From a candidate division WOR-3 bacterium (lineage in GTDB: Bacteria > Hydrothermota > Tepidihabitantia > SM23-42 > CAYGYG01): DNA of 64,000 nucleotides. The DNA lies in NCBI GenBank assembly GCA_965648915.1, contig CBFGIV010000001.1:64001-128000 (forward strand), in the 5' to 3' direction. Each line of letters opens with the position of its first letter. Within the stretch, counting starts at the first letter, position 1. Positions 20,073 through 28,253 of this stretch are shown in pieces. The position numbers were made by a program, and so were the translations under genes. The notes beneath the pieces were generated by a model, which saw nothing but the letters and a program-made list of their open reading frames with translations, was not told where the DNA came from and made no database searches.

Positions 20073-21473
20073 ATGGCGGGTAAGATTGAACCAAAGAAGA
20101 CTCCAATGCGTGAGCAGCGGCCGCAGGACCGTATACGAAATTTCGATGAAGTGCCTTATGGGTATAATGAAACCGAGGCGATTCAGGAGGCAAGAAGGTG
20201 TCTGCTCTGTAAAAAGCCGACCTGTGTCTCCGGTTGTCCGGTCGAGATCGATATCCCAGGTTTTATAAGACTGATTGCAGAAGGAGACTTTAAGGGTGCA
20301 ATAAAAAAGATGAAAGAGAAGAATGTCCTGCCGGCGATTTGCGGTCGGGTCTGTCCCCAGGAGGACCAGTGTGAGAAGGTCTGTGCCCTGGCCAAAAAAT
20401 TCGAACCGGTGGCTATCGGGCGACTGGAACGTTTTATTGCTGACTGGGAAGCAGCCCAGGGTGAAGTTGAAATTCCGGAAAGGCCAGTGCCAACCGGCAA
20501 GAGAGTGGCGGTTATCGGTTCCGGCCCTGGCGGACTGACCGCGGCTGGTGATCTGATTAAACTCGGTCACGAAGTCACTATCTTTGAAGCGCTCCACAAG
20601 CCGGGCGGGGTACTGGTTTATGGTATCCCCGAATTCAGATTGCCCAAGTCTATCGTCTATCGTGAGGTGGATTATCTATTAAAATGTGGTGTGAAACTCT
20701 ACTTAAATTTTATCGTCGGTAAGACCGCAACCATCGATCAGTTGTTAGAAGAATACCAGGCCATATATATAGGAACCGGTGCCGGTCTACCCTGGTTTAT
20801 GAATATTCCCGGTGAGAATCTAAATGGTGTTTATTCGGCAAATGAATACCTGACCCGCTCTAATCTGATGAAGGCCTACCTATTCCCAGAATATGATACA
20901 CCGATTATTAGAGGGAAAAATGTTGCAGTAATTGGTGGCGGGAATGTGGCTATGGACTGTGCTCGAACCGCCCTCCGGCTCGGTGCTAAAGAAGTCCATA
21001 TTGTCTATCGGCGATCAAAAGTAGAAATGCCGGCACGCATTGAAGAGATTGTGCGGGCTGAAGAAGAGGGAGTTATTTTTGACTATCTGACCCTCCCCGT
21101 GAAGCATATCGGCGATGAAAAAGGCTGGGTCAAAGAGATGGAGTGCTTAAAGATGCAACTGGGTGAACCTGATGCCTCAGGTCGCCGCAAGCCGGTTCCA
21201 ATTGAAGGCTCAAATTACATAACGCCGGTCGATATGGTTGTATGTGCTATTGGTCAGAGTCCCAATCCATTAATTCCGCAGACGACGCCGGACTTAAAAG
21301 TTGGCAAATGGGGTAATATTGAAGTTGATAAGGCAACGATGAAGACCTCCAAGAAAGGTTGCTGGGCCGGAGGGGATGTGGTGCGGGGTGGGGCAACAGT
21401 TATCCTTGCTATGGGCGATGCGAGGATTGCGGCAAAATCGATTAATGAATACCTCCAGACCGGGGTCTGGTAA
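20073..21473 (+). CDS. nfnB: NfnB/SudA large subunit (GltD-like NADPH oxidoreductase)
   Basis: EARRCLLCKKPTCVSGCPV, CGRVCPQEDQCE, YGIPEFRLPK, GGGNVAMDCAR, YRR, GATVILAMG; paired with nfnA and no gltB. Confidence 0.9.
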   Translation: MAGKIEPKKTPMREQRPQDRIRNFDEVPYGYNETEAIQEARRCLLCKKPTCVSGCPVEIDIPGFIRLIAEGDFKGAIKKMKEKNVLPAICGRVCPQEDQCEKVCALAKKFEPVAIGRLERFIADWEAAQGEVEIPERPVPTGKRVAVIGSGPGGLTAAGDLIKLGHEVTIFEALHKPGGVLVYGIPEFRLPKSIVYREVDYLLKCGVKLYLNFIVGKTATIDQLLEEYQAIYIGTGAGLPWFMNIPGENLNGVYSANEYLTRSNLMKAYLFPEYDTPIIRGKNVAVIGGGNVAMDCARTALRLGAKEVHIVYRRSKVEMPARIEEIVRAEEEGVIFDYLTLPVKHIGDEKGWVKEMECLKMQLGEPDASGRRKPVPIEGSNYITPVDMVVCAIGQSPNPLIPQTTPDLKVGKWGNIEVDKATMKTSKKGCWAGGDVVRGGATVILAMGDARIAAKSINEYLQTGVW

Positions 21474-21549
21474 GATTGTAGAGTCTAAGAGACTAAAAAC
21501 ATTAAGATTCAATTTCAGTATACTTTAATATGAAGAATTTGATTAATAC

Positions 21550-21656
21550 ATCCCCTCCCTTGAGGGGAGGGGATAATGGGAGGGTGATCATTTCAATCTT
21601 TTTTCCACCCTCCACCTTAATCTTGGGGAGCCAAAACTCCTGTCAAGAGAAGGAGA
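21550..21656. repeat. REP-like palindromic element (one intact copy and one degenerate inverted copy); may also terminate the nfn operon
   Basis: ATCCCCTCCC-TTGAG-GGGAGGGGAT hairpin (21550-74), then GGGAGGGTGA complementary to downstream CACCCTCC, and a decayed CTCCTGTCAAGAGAAGGAG copy. Confidence 0.55.
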
Positions 21657-21719
21657 AAAGGTAGAGAGGACTCAGCAAAATTCCCCTTGAAATTTTTTTA
21701 TGAATATTATAATGAGCCT

Positions 21720-21840
21720 GTGGCTGGGCGAGAAATTAACTTTAATGGTGGCTGATCCTCCACTGCCACCTGAGGCTCCTGAGAAATACGAAGCCTCCCT
21801 GTGAACTTTTTGTCATAGACCATCTCACCCCTGGTTTACT
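21720..21840 (+). ncRNA. Candidate structured non-coding RNA (family unknown, strand uncertain)
   Basis: Closing stem GGGCGAGA/TCTCACCC encloses hairpins GGTGGC/GCCACC and GAGGCT/AGCCTC; preceded by TTGAAA-N15-TATAAT; no ORF. Confidence 0.4.
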
Positions 21841-21945
21841 CCTACTACCTGTGAATGAGAAAGGAATCAAATTTCTGATCACGATGTCCGGGACTATCAA
21901 CAAATCTCATATTGATTTTTAAAAAAACCTGATTACTATAATCCG

Positions 21946-23064
21946 GTGAAACTACTCAGTTTCCGTAAATTTTTTCCCATTACCAGGACGAAAACATATT
22001 TAAATCATGCTTCGACCGGGCCCTTGCCTTTAACCGCGGCGCGGGCAATTGAACAGGTTGTGCAAAAGTATCTCTACCAGGCTGATTTACCAATAGATAT
22101 TCTATGGAATGAATTTGAAGAAACGAGGAGAATTGTTGCTCATTTCATTGGTGCTTCAAAAGATGAAATCGCATTTGTCAAGAATACTTCCCAGGGGATT
22201 TTAATTGCGATGAATTCTATTCCCTTCAAAAAGGGTGACCAGGTGATTATTCTCACTGATGCCTTTCCGGCCAATCTCTATCCTTTTTACTATCTCTGGC
22301 CCGAAGTTGTAAAAAAATTCTTAAAAACTGGTGACGGAGCCGATTTTTTAAATCGGCTTAAAAGACTGGTTAATAAAAAGACCCGAGCGATCTCGATTGA
22401 CTGGGTTAACTGGCTAAGCGGTGTAAAACTTGATCTGGAAGAGATTGGAGATTTTTGTGTAAGGCATAACATTTACTTGATTGTTGATGCTATCCAGGGC
22501 CTGGGCGCACTGGAGATAGATTTAAAGAGACTTAATATTGATTTTCTGACCTGCGGATCTTCGAAATGGCTCTGCGGTCCACAGGGTATCGGTATCCTTT
22601 ATGTAAATAAAAGACGATTGGATGAACTGGTTCTCACCAATATCGGCTGGCTCAGTGCTGAAATAGAGAGTTTTCATAAATTCATTCCTCTGGGGCCACC
22701 AAAGCGAACCGCAGCCCGTTTTGAAGAGGGGACAAAGAATTTGATAGGTATCTGCGGACTTAAAGAATCGATCCGGATTCTTAAAAGGGCAGGGATAAAA
22801 AATATCGAAAAGCAGATTTTTGATTTAACCGATCGACTGCTTAACCACGCCCGGGAGAAGAAGTGCGAGATCCTCTCACCGTTCGCAAAATCGCTCAGAT
22901 CCGGAATTGTATCAATCCGTCCCCGAAATATGGATGTTGAAAATGTTTATCACCAGCTTAAGCGTGAAAAAATAGTCGTCTCGCTGCGCGAAGGCTGGCT
23001 GAGAATATCGCCCCATTTTTACAATACTGAATCGGAGATAAAAAAAATATTAAATTACTTTTAA
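21946..23064 (+). CDS. Class V PLP-dependent aminotransferase/C-S lyase-like protein
   Basis: YLNHASTGP, VDAIQGLG, PLP Lys in SSKWLCGPQG, RISPHFYNTE; no NifS/SufS catalytic Cys loop; GTG start 6 nt after a -10 box. Confidence 0.88.
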   Translation: MKLLSFRKFFPITRTKTYLNHASTGPLPLTAARAIEQVVQKYLYQADLPIDILWNEFEETRRIVAHFIGASKDEIAFVKNTSQGILIAMNSIPFKKGDQVIILTDAFPANLYPFYYLWPEVVKKFLKTGDGADFLNRLKRLVNKKTRAISIDWVNWLSGVKLDLEEIGDFCVRHNIYLIVDAIQGLGALEIDLKRLNIDFLTCGSSKWLCGPQGIGILYVNKRRLDELVLTNIGWLSAEIESFHKFIPLGPPKRTAARFEEGTKNLIGICGLKESIRILKRAGIKNIEKQIFDLTDRLLNHAREKKCEILSPFAKSLRSGIVSIRPRNMDVENVYHQLKREKIVVSLREGWLRISPHFYNTESEIKKILNYF

Positions 23065-23074
23065 GAAGAAGAGA

Positions 23075-24148
23075 ATGAAAAAGTGCTACTTTAGATCGAT
23101 TCGTATTAAATCGTTGTTTACCCCTACCATTACCGGTTTGATTTTGATTTCGATTTCAGCCGCGAATGAGGCTAAGAAGGTGAAGAATATTGAGATCTGG
23201 CTCGACAATGGCGGAAGAGTTGATTGGTGTGCGGGTAATCAGTTGATTGCTTTCGATCGCAAAGGAGAAGATAGTTTTTATGATATTTATCTTATTAAAC
23301 CGGACCGGACCGGAGAGCGATGTATTACTAATATTCCTGATTTGCCGGTTAATAAACACATCGGGCAACCGGCCTGGCATCCTTCGGGTAAATATATTGT
23401 CTGCCAGGTGGAAAATGAGCACTCACGCGGCGGTGTCAATAACCAACCGAGTATGGGGTTGGATAATGACCTTTACATAATTGATCTTGAGAAAGAGATG
23501 GTCTGGCCACTAACTGATAATCCCGAAGGCTTTGCCGCACTCCACCCTAAATTTTCCCACGATGGTAAAAGATTACTCTGGGCAGAACGTTATGAAAGGG
23601 GAAAAGGTAGCCGCTGGGGACACTGGCGATTAAAACTGGCTGATATTATTATTGATTCTAATGGTGTGTATCTTACGAATATAAAAAACCTTGAACCCGG
23701 CGGTAAGGGCTGGTATGAAAGTCACGGGTTTTCTCGGGACGATAAGAAGATTTACTTCAGTGGAAATCTACTCGATTGGTGGAGTAATAATATTTACTGT
23801 TGTGGCCTGAATGGTGCTGATTTAACACCATTGACTCATGATGATAACATCTGGAATGAAATGGCTGAACTCTCACCCGATAATAGATGGATTGCATTTA
23901 TATCGAGCCGGCCTTTTAAGTGGAAAAAACGGCTGGGTTTTTTAACTTTAAAAACTGAGGTCTTTCTGATGGATACAACAGGCCAGAATATCCAGCAGAT
24001 AACATATCTTAATGATGACAAACATTCCTATTTGATCGGCGATCTGGCCTGGAGCCCGGATGGTAAGACAATTTTGGCCGTGGCATATGAACGCAAGAGT
24101 AAAAAGATGGTAACACTAAAAATTGAATTTGAAGAAGAGAAAAGATAG
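23075..24148 (+). CDS. Secreted TolB-like (PD40/WD40) beta-propeller protein
   Basis: Hydrophobic N-terminus; repeats PAWHPSGKYI, PKFSHDGKRL, FSRDDKKIYF, LSPDNRWIAF, WSPDGKTI. Confidence 0.8.
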   Translation: MKKCYFRSIRIKSLFTPTITGLILISISAANEAKKVKNIEIWLDNGGRVDWCAGNQLIAFDRKGEDSFYDIYLIKPDRTGERCITNIPDLPVNKHIGQPAWHPSGKYIVCQVENEHSRGGVNNQPSMGLDNDLYIIDLEKEMVWPLTDNPEGFAALHPKFSHDGKRLLWAERYERGKGSRWGHWRLKLADIIIDSNGVYLTNIKNLEPGGKGWYESHGFSRDDKKIYFSGNLLDWWSNNIYCCGLNGADLTPLTHDDNIWNEMAELSPDNRWIAFISSRPFKWKKRLGFLTLKTEVFLMDTTGQNIQQITYLNDDKHSYLIGDLAWSPDGKTILAVAYERKSKKMVTLKIEFEEEKR

Positions 24149-24157
24149 TTACCGGCA

Positions 24158-25186
24158 ATGATTGAAATAGACGGAAGTCATCTGGAAGGCGGTGGGCAGA
24201 TAATAAGAACCGCAATTGCGCTCTCGGTGATTACCCAGAAAGATATTCGAATTTTTAATATCCGAAAAGGAAGGGAAAAACCCGGCTTAAAACCACAACA
24301 CCTTGAAGGTATCAGGGCCGCCGCCAAGATTTGTGATGCCCGGGTTGAGGGCTTGACCTTGAATTCAATGGAAATCACTTTTCGCCCAGGAAAAATAAAG
24401 GGTGGAAGTTACACGATTGATACTAAGACAGCGGGTTCAATAACCTTGGTACTTCAGACTTTAACGCCAATTGGAATCTTTTCTGAATCAGACTTAAATT
24501 TAACAATCAAAGGCGGAACCGCGGTGCCATTTAGCCCAACGATCGAATATTTTCAAAATATTTTTTGTGCTTATTTGAATAAAATAGGGATTTCTATAAT
24601 TGTTGAGACTGAGCGCCATGGTTTTTATCCCGCAGGTGGGGGTGAGGTCAGGATAAATATTAAGCCCGGGGTTCTCAAAAATATTGATCTGCTCGAGCGT
24701 GGTGATTTAAAAGATATTGATGCCCTGGCCATTGCTTCCAACCATCTCCGGGAAGCCAGAGTTGCGGAGCGGATGATTCAGGGGTTCCAGCGATACTTCC
24801 CTGAGGCAAGGTACAAATACAGATATGTCGATGCTAAGTCACCGGGCTGTTTTATTGTGGGTCGTGCTCAATTTAAAAATTGCAAATTAGGGGCGGATGC
24901 GCTGGGGAGGCGCGGTGTGCCAGCAGAAAAGATCGGTGTTGAGGCGGGGCAGGAATTGAAAAAGGCGATTACTTCGGATGCGACCGTGGATATATGGCTC
25001 ACCGACCAGATTATTCCTTATATGGCCCTCGGGACAATTGCCACGAAAGAAATTTCACGAGTGCGAATTCCTGAATTAACGAGGCACGCGGCGACAAATA
25101 TCTGGGTGGTTTCCAAATTTCTGCCCGTAAGTTTCGTGGTTAAAGAAAATATTATGGGATGTGATTTAATCGATGCAAGTAATTGA
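24158..25186 (+). CDS. rtcA: RNA 3'-terminal phosphate cyclase
   Basis: DGSHLEGGGQIIRTA, RKGREKPGLKPQH, TAGSITLVLQ, GFYPAGGG, DQIIPY, catalytic His in TRHAATN. Confidence 0.95.
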   Translation: MIEIDGSHLEGGGQIIRTAIALSVITQKDIRIFNIRKGREKPGLKPQHLEGIRAAAKICDARVEGLTLNSMEITFRPGKIKGGSYTIDTKTAGSITLVLQTLTPIGIFSESDLNLTIKGGTAVPFSPTIEYFQNIFCAYLNKIGISIIVETERHGFYPAGGGEVRINIKPGVLKNIDLLERGDLKDIDALAIASNHLREARVAERMIQGFQRYFPEARYKYRYVDAKSPGCFIVGRAQFKNCKLGADALGRRGVPAEKIGVEAGQELKKAITSDATVDIWLTDQIIPYMALGTIATKEISRVRIPELTRHAATNIWVVSKFLPVSFVVKENIMGCDLIDASN

Positions 25187-25943
25187 AAGAGATTGGAACT
25201 GGTGGGCGTACTTCTGGCGGGTAATTTATCGCTCGACCCTGAAAGGAATTAATGAATGGGATAAAAAGGTTGTCGAGTTTATAATTAGGGTTTTAGGATG
25301 CCGAGAGGGTGACAGATTACTGGATTTAGGTTGTGGTAGTGGTGAACATACAAGGCTCCTTGCTCAACGAGGAATAAAATGTACTGGCATTGATATTGCA
25401 TCTTCCCTGATAAGATATGCAAAAAATAAGGCAAAAGAACAAAGATTAAGAGTTGAATATATTGTCGATGATATGAGAAAAATTGATTACGAAAATGAAT
25501 TCGATTTCTCTATAATGATTAGCGGCACATTTGGGTTTTTCGGTGATGAGGAAAATTTAAAACTTCTCCAGAAAATAAGCAAGGCATTAAAACCAGGGGG
25601 AAAACTATTTTTTGATATTAAGAATATTCAGCGAAAACAGCGATATGGTAAATCATGGATGGCGATAAATGGTGGTTATCTCCTGATAGATACCAGATTT
25701 GATGCACACAATAAAAGGGAGATCGGCGAATATTTTTTTATTGATAAGAAGGGAAGAATAAATACGATGGCCAAAGATATAGATAGAGAAGGTAATCGTA
25801 TCTATACCTTGAGAGATATCAAGTCTTTGCTACCGAGGGCTGGTTTGCATTCGGTCAAGGCCTATGAAGGTTATATCCTCCCCGCTAAAAAATATACAAA
25901 ATCCACTCAATCATCTACTATCGTTATTACCGCCAGAAAGTAA
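25173..25943 (+). CDS. Class I SAM-dependent methyltransferase
   Basis: LLDLGCGSGEH, GIDIA, DDMRKI, LKPGGKLFFD. Confidence 0.9.
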   Translation: MQVIERDWNWWAYFWRVIYRSTLKGINEWDKKVVEFIIRVLGCREGDRLLDLGCGSGEHTRLLAQRGIKCTGIDIASSLIRYAKNKAKEQRLRVEYIVDDMRKIDYENEFDFSIMISGTFGFFGDEENLKLLQKISKALKPGGKLFFDIKNIQRKQRYGKSWMAINGGYLLIDTRFDAHNKREIGEYFFIDKKGRINTMAKDIDREGNRIYTLRDIKSLLPRAGLHSVKAYEGYILPAKKYTKSTQSSTIVITARK

Positions 25944-25996
25944 AAAGCGAATAAATTTTCATATCACCACGGTTTAATATCGCTGACTTATTAATG

Positions 25997-26030
25997 ATTC
26001 CACCATTCTAACATGTTAGAATACTTGAAT
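25997..26030. repeat. 34-bp palindromic site, left copy
   Basis: Perfect core ATTCTAACATGTTAGAAT (26005-22); its reverse complement matches 26293-26326 at 32/34. Confidence 0.85.
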
Positions 26031-26091
26031 GCTTGACTTTACTACGGCTATGGGTATACTATGTACAGCATATAATATTATAATGATTTAA

Positions 26092-26289
26092 CAGATAAGG
26101 AATAAGGATGGCAAACAAAATTCATATTATCATCTCTCCAAACTCGAAGGGCTTGAAATTGTAAGTTATGAAACAAGAGAAAATAGTGTTTATTACTGGA
26201 TAAAATATGAAAAGGAAGTGCAGGAAGTCTTAAATGCCCTGTCAAAATTTGTAAACCGCACATCGAAGGGTATTTACTATGAAACATAG
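26092..26289 (+). pseudogene. 5'-truncated ArsR/SmtB-like winged-HTH remnant
   Basis: Stop-free frame with no normal start, reading ..SYYHLSKLEGLEIVSYETRENSVYYWIKYEKEVQEVLNALSKF..; resembles the SxHLxxL...G/NxxVYYxL recognition helix and wing. Confidence 0.5.
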
Positions 26290-26292
26290 TAT

Positions 26293-26326
26293 ATTCCAGT
26301 ATTCTAACATGTTAGAATGGTTGAAT
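26293..26326. repeat. 34-bp palindromic site, right copy
   Basis: Perfect core ATTCTAACATGTTAGAAT (26301-18). Confidence 0.85.
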
Positions 26327-26352
26327 GACAGAATTGGGAAAGGAGAAAGGGT

Positions 26353-27123
26353 ATGGCTGGTGCTTCATTTGACCGGATTGCAAGGTTTTATGATTATGAG
26401 AATGAAGGATATAAGAAAGATATTGGCTTTTACTTAAAATATGCTAAGAATTGTGGGGGAGAAGTGCTTGAACTGGGTTGTGGAACCGGCCGGATTTTAA
26501 TCCCCATTGCGAAAAGGAGGATAAAGATAACCGGACTTGATATATCTGAAGAGATGCTGAAGATTGCCCGAAATAAAATTGCTCAATCGAAAGAAAATAT
26601 TCAGAAAAATATTGAACTTGTTCAGGGGGATATGAAGTCATTTAAATTAAATAAAAAATTCCCATTAATTTTCATTGCCTTTCGGTCTTTTCAGTCACTC
26701 CTGACTAAAAAAGAACAAGGCTCCTGCCTTGAGTGTGTGCATCAACATCTTAAAGAAAACGGGATTTTTATCCTTGACCTCTTTGCACCCAGGCATGATA
26801 TCCTGGCGCAGGTAAAGAGAAGAATATATATGGGAAGTTTTTATGACAAAGAAAACGGAGTCTATGTTTACCGTTGGGCGGAAGCCTGTTATGATCTTGC
26901 CAGGCAGACTCTTAAAGAAGACCGATTTTATGAATGGACGGATGAGAATGGTCAATTTCACCAAAAAGTCTGGACTTTTGAACTTGCTTATCTGTTCAGG
27001 TATGAAACTGAATTGTTACTTGAAAAATATGGTTTTAGTGTAGAAAATGTCTTTGGTGACTTTGATAAATCACCATATAATTACTATTCAGGTGAGCAGA
27101 TATTTGTAAGCCGAAGGGCATAA
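26353..27123 (+). CDS. Class I SAM-dependent methyltransferase
   Basis: VLELGCGTGRI, GLDISEEML, QGDMKSF, HLKENGIFILD; SD AAGGAG. Confidence 0.9.
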   Translation: MAGASFDRIARFYDYENEGYKKDIGFYLKYAKNCGGEVLELGCGTGRILIPIAKRRIKITGLDISEEMLKIARNKIAQSKENIQKNIELVQGDMKSFKLNKKFPLIFIAFRSFQSLLTKKEQGSCLECVHQHLKENGIFILDLFAPRHDILAQVKRRIYMGSFYDKENGVYVYRWAEACYDLARQTLKEDRFYEWTDENGQFHQKVWTFELAYLFRYETELLLEKYGFSVENVFGDFDKSPYNYYSGEQIFVSRRA

Positions 27124-27147
27124 AGAAGAAATAGGTAGTACACCATA

Positions 27148-27175
27148 TTGACTTTGATTAATTTTAAGTTATAAT
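27148..27175 (+). promoter_or_regulatory. Sigma70-type promoter of argF
   Basis: TTGACT-N16-TATAAT. Confidence 0.75.
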
Positions 27176-27206
27176 ATTCTGACCTTAATTTTTTCAAGGA
27201 GAAGTG

Positions 27207-28136
27207 ATGAAGAGAGATTTTATTTCGGTTGGTGATTTGATGCCAGAGGAGATCGCACAGGTCTTTGATCTGGCTGGGGATTTGAAGACAAAGACGAAGA
27301 AAGGTGTAGAACATAAGTTGCTCAAGGACTATACCCTGGCGATGATTTTTGAAAAACCTTCCCTCCGTACCCGTGTTACATTTGAAACGGGGATGACCCA
27401 GCTGGGCGGACATGCGATCTATCTTGCTCCGGCCGACATCCAACTGGGCAAACGGGAGTCGGTGCCTGATGTTGCCCGGAATTTGTCGCGCTGGGTCGAC
27501 TTGATAATGGCCCGAACCTTTGCCCATCAAACTGTACAAGAACTGGCAAGGTATGCAACGGTCCCGGTGATTAATGCCCTTTCCGATTTAGAACATCCCT
27601 GCCAGATCCTGGGAGATCTTTTGACCATCCTTGAACACAAAGGGAGACTTAAAGGGATAAATTTTGCCTATGTCGGGGATGGTAATAATGTCTGCAATTC
27701 TTTACTATTAGGTGCAGGTCTGGTCGGTATGAACATAAATGTCGGGACACCGAAGGGGTATGAACCAGCCCGGGAGATCATCGAAAAGGCAAAGGATTTT
27801 GCCCGAAAATCCGGTGCCCAGATAAACTTTTTTAATTCATCTAATGAAGCGGTGAAAGGTGCTGAGGTTATCTATACCGATGTCTGGGCATCAATGGGGC
27901 AGGAGGCGGAAATTGAAGTGCGCAGGAGAGTATTTAAGGACTTTCAGGTTAACGCTAATTTATTGAAATACTGCCGACAAGACTGCCTGATTATGCACTG
28001 TCTTCCCGCCCACCGCGGGGAGGAGATCACGGATGATATCATTGACGGCCCCAATTCGATCGTGCTGGATCAGGCCGAAAACAGACTCCACATCCAAAAG
28101 GCGATAATGGTGTGGTTGATCAAAGCGAAGCGGTAA
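27207..28136 (+). CDS. argF: Ornithine carbamoyltransferase
   Basis: FEKPSLRTR, HPCQ, GDGNNV, YTDVWASMGQE, HCLPAHRGEE, QAENRLH; SD AAGGAG (GTG 27204 is an alternative start). Confidence 0.95.
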   Translation: MKRDFISVGDLMPEEIAQVFDLAGDLKTKTKKGVEHKLLKDYTLAMIFEKPSLRTRVTFETGMTQLGGHAIYLAPADIQLGKRESVPDVARNLSRWVDLIMARTFAHQTVQELARYATVPVINALSDLEHPCQILGDLLTILEHKGRLKGINFAYVGDGNNVCNSLLLGAGLVGMNINVGTPKGYEPAREIIEKAKDFARKSGAQINFFNSSNEAVKGAEVIYTDVWASMGQEAEIEVRRRVFKDFQVNANLLKYCRQDCLIMHCLPAHRGEEITDDIIDGPNSIVLDQAENRLHIQKAIMVWLIKAKR

Positions 28137-28139
28137 ATG

Positions 28140-28167
28140 TTGACGAATATTATCTTTTGGATATAAT
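28140..28167 (+). promoter_or_regulatory. Sigma70-type promoter of tRNA-Glu
   Basis: TTGACG-N16-TATAAT, 8 nt before the tRNA. Confidence 0.8.
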
Positions 28168-28175
28168 CTTTTTAC

Positions 28176-28250
28176 GGCGCCATCGTCTAGCTGGACTAGG
28201 ACATCGCCCTCTCAAGGCGAAGATCACGGGTTCAAATCCCGTTGGCGCTA
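28176..28250 (+). tRNA. tRNA-Glu (anticodon CTC), CCA not encoded
   Basis: Acceptor GGCGCCA/TGGCGCT-A, anticodon arm TCGCC-CTCTCAA-GGCGA, T arm ACGGG-TTCAAAT-CCCGT. Confidence 0.95.
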
Positions 28251-28253
28251 TTT

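Noticed and set aside
20073..21473. Glutamate synthase small subunit
   Set aside because: No gltB nearby and it directly follows an nfnA homolog, so NfnB/SudA is the better call
21946..23064. NifS/SufS cysteine desulfurase for the Fe-S-rich cluster
   Set aside because: It lacks the catalytic Cys loop (SSGSAC or RxGHHC); the C-terminus reads SLREGWLRISPH
26005..26318. Integron attC sites (TAAC...GTTA cores)
   Set aside because: Only 2 nt separate the cores, far too short for an attC, and there is no integrase in the window
27207..28136. N-acetyl/succinyl-ornithine carbamoyltransferase because of SLRT instead of STRT
   Set aside because: The DxxxSMG loop and HCLPAHRG of ordinary OTCase are intact
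28176..28250. Genomic island integrated at tRNA-Glu
   Set aside because: No integrase seen and no duplicate of the tRNA 3' end noticed in the window. The overlapping 28112-28339 ORF is spurious.
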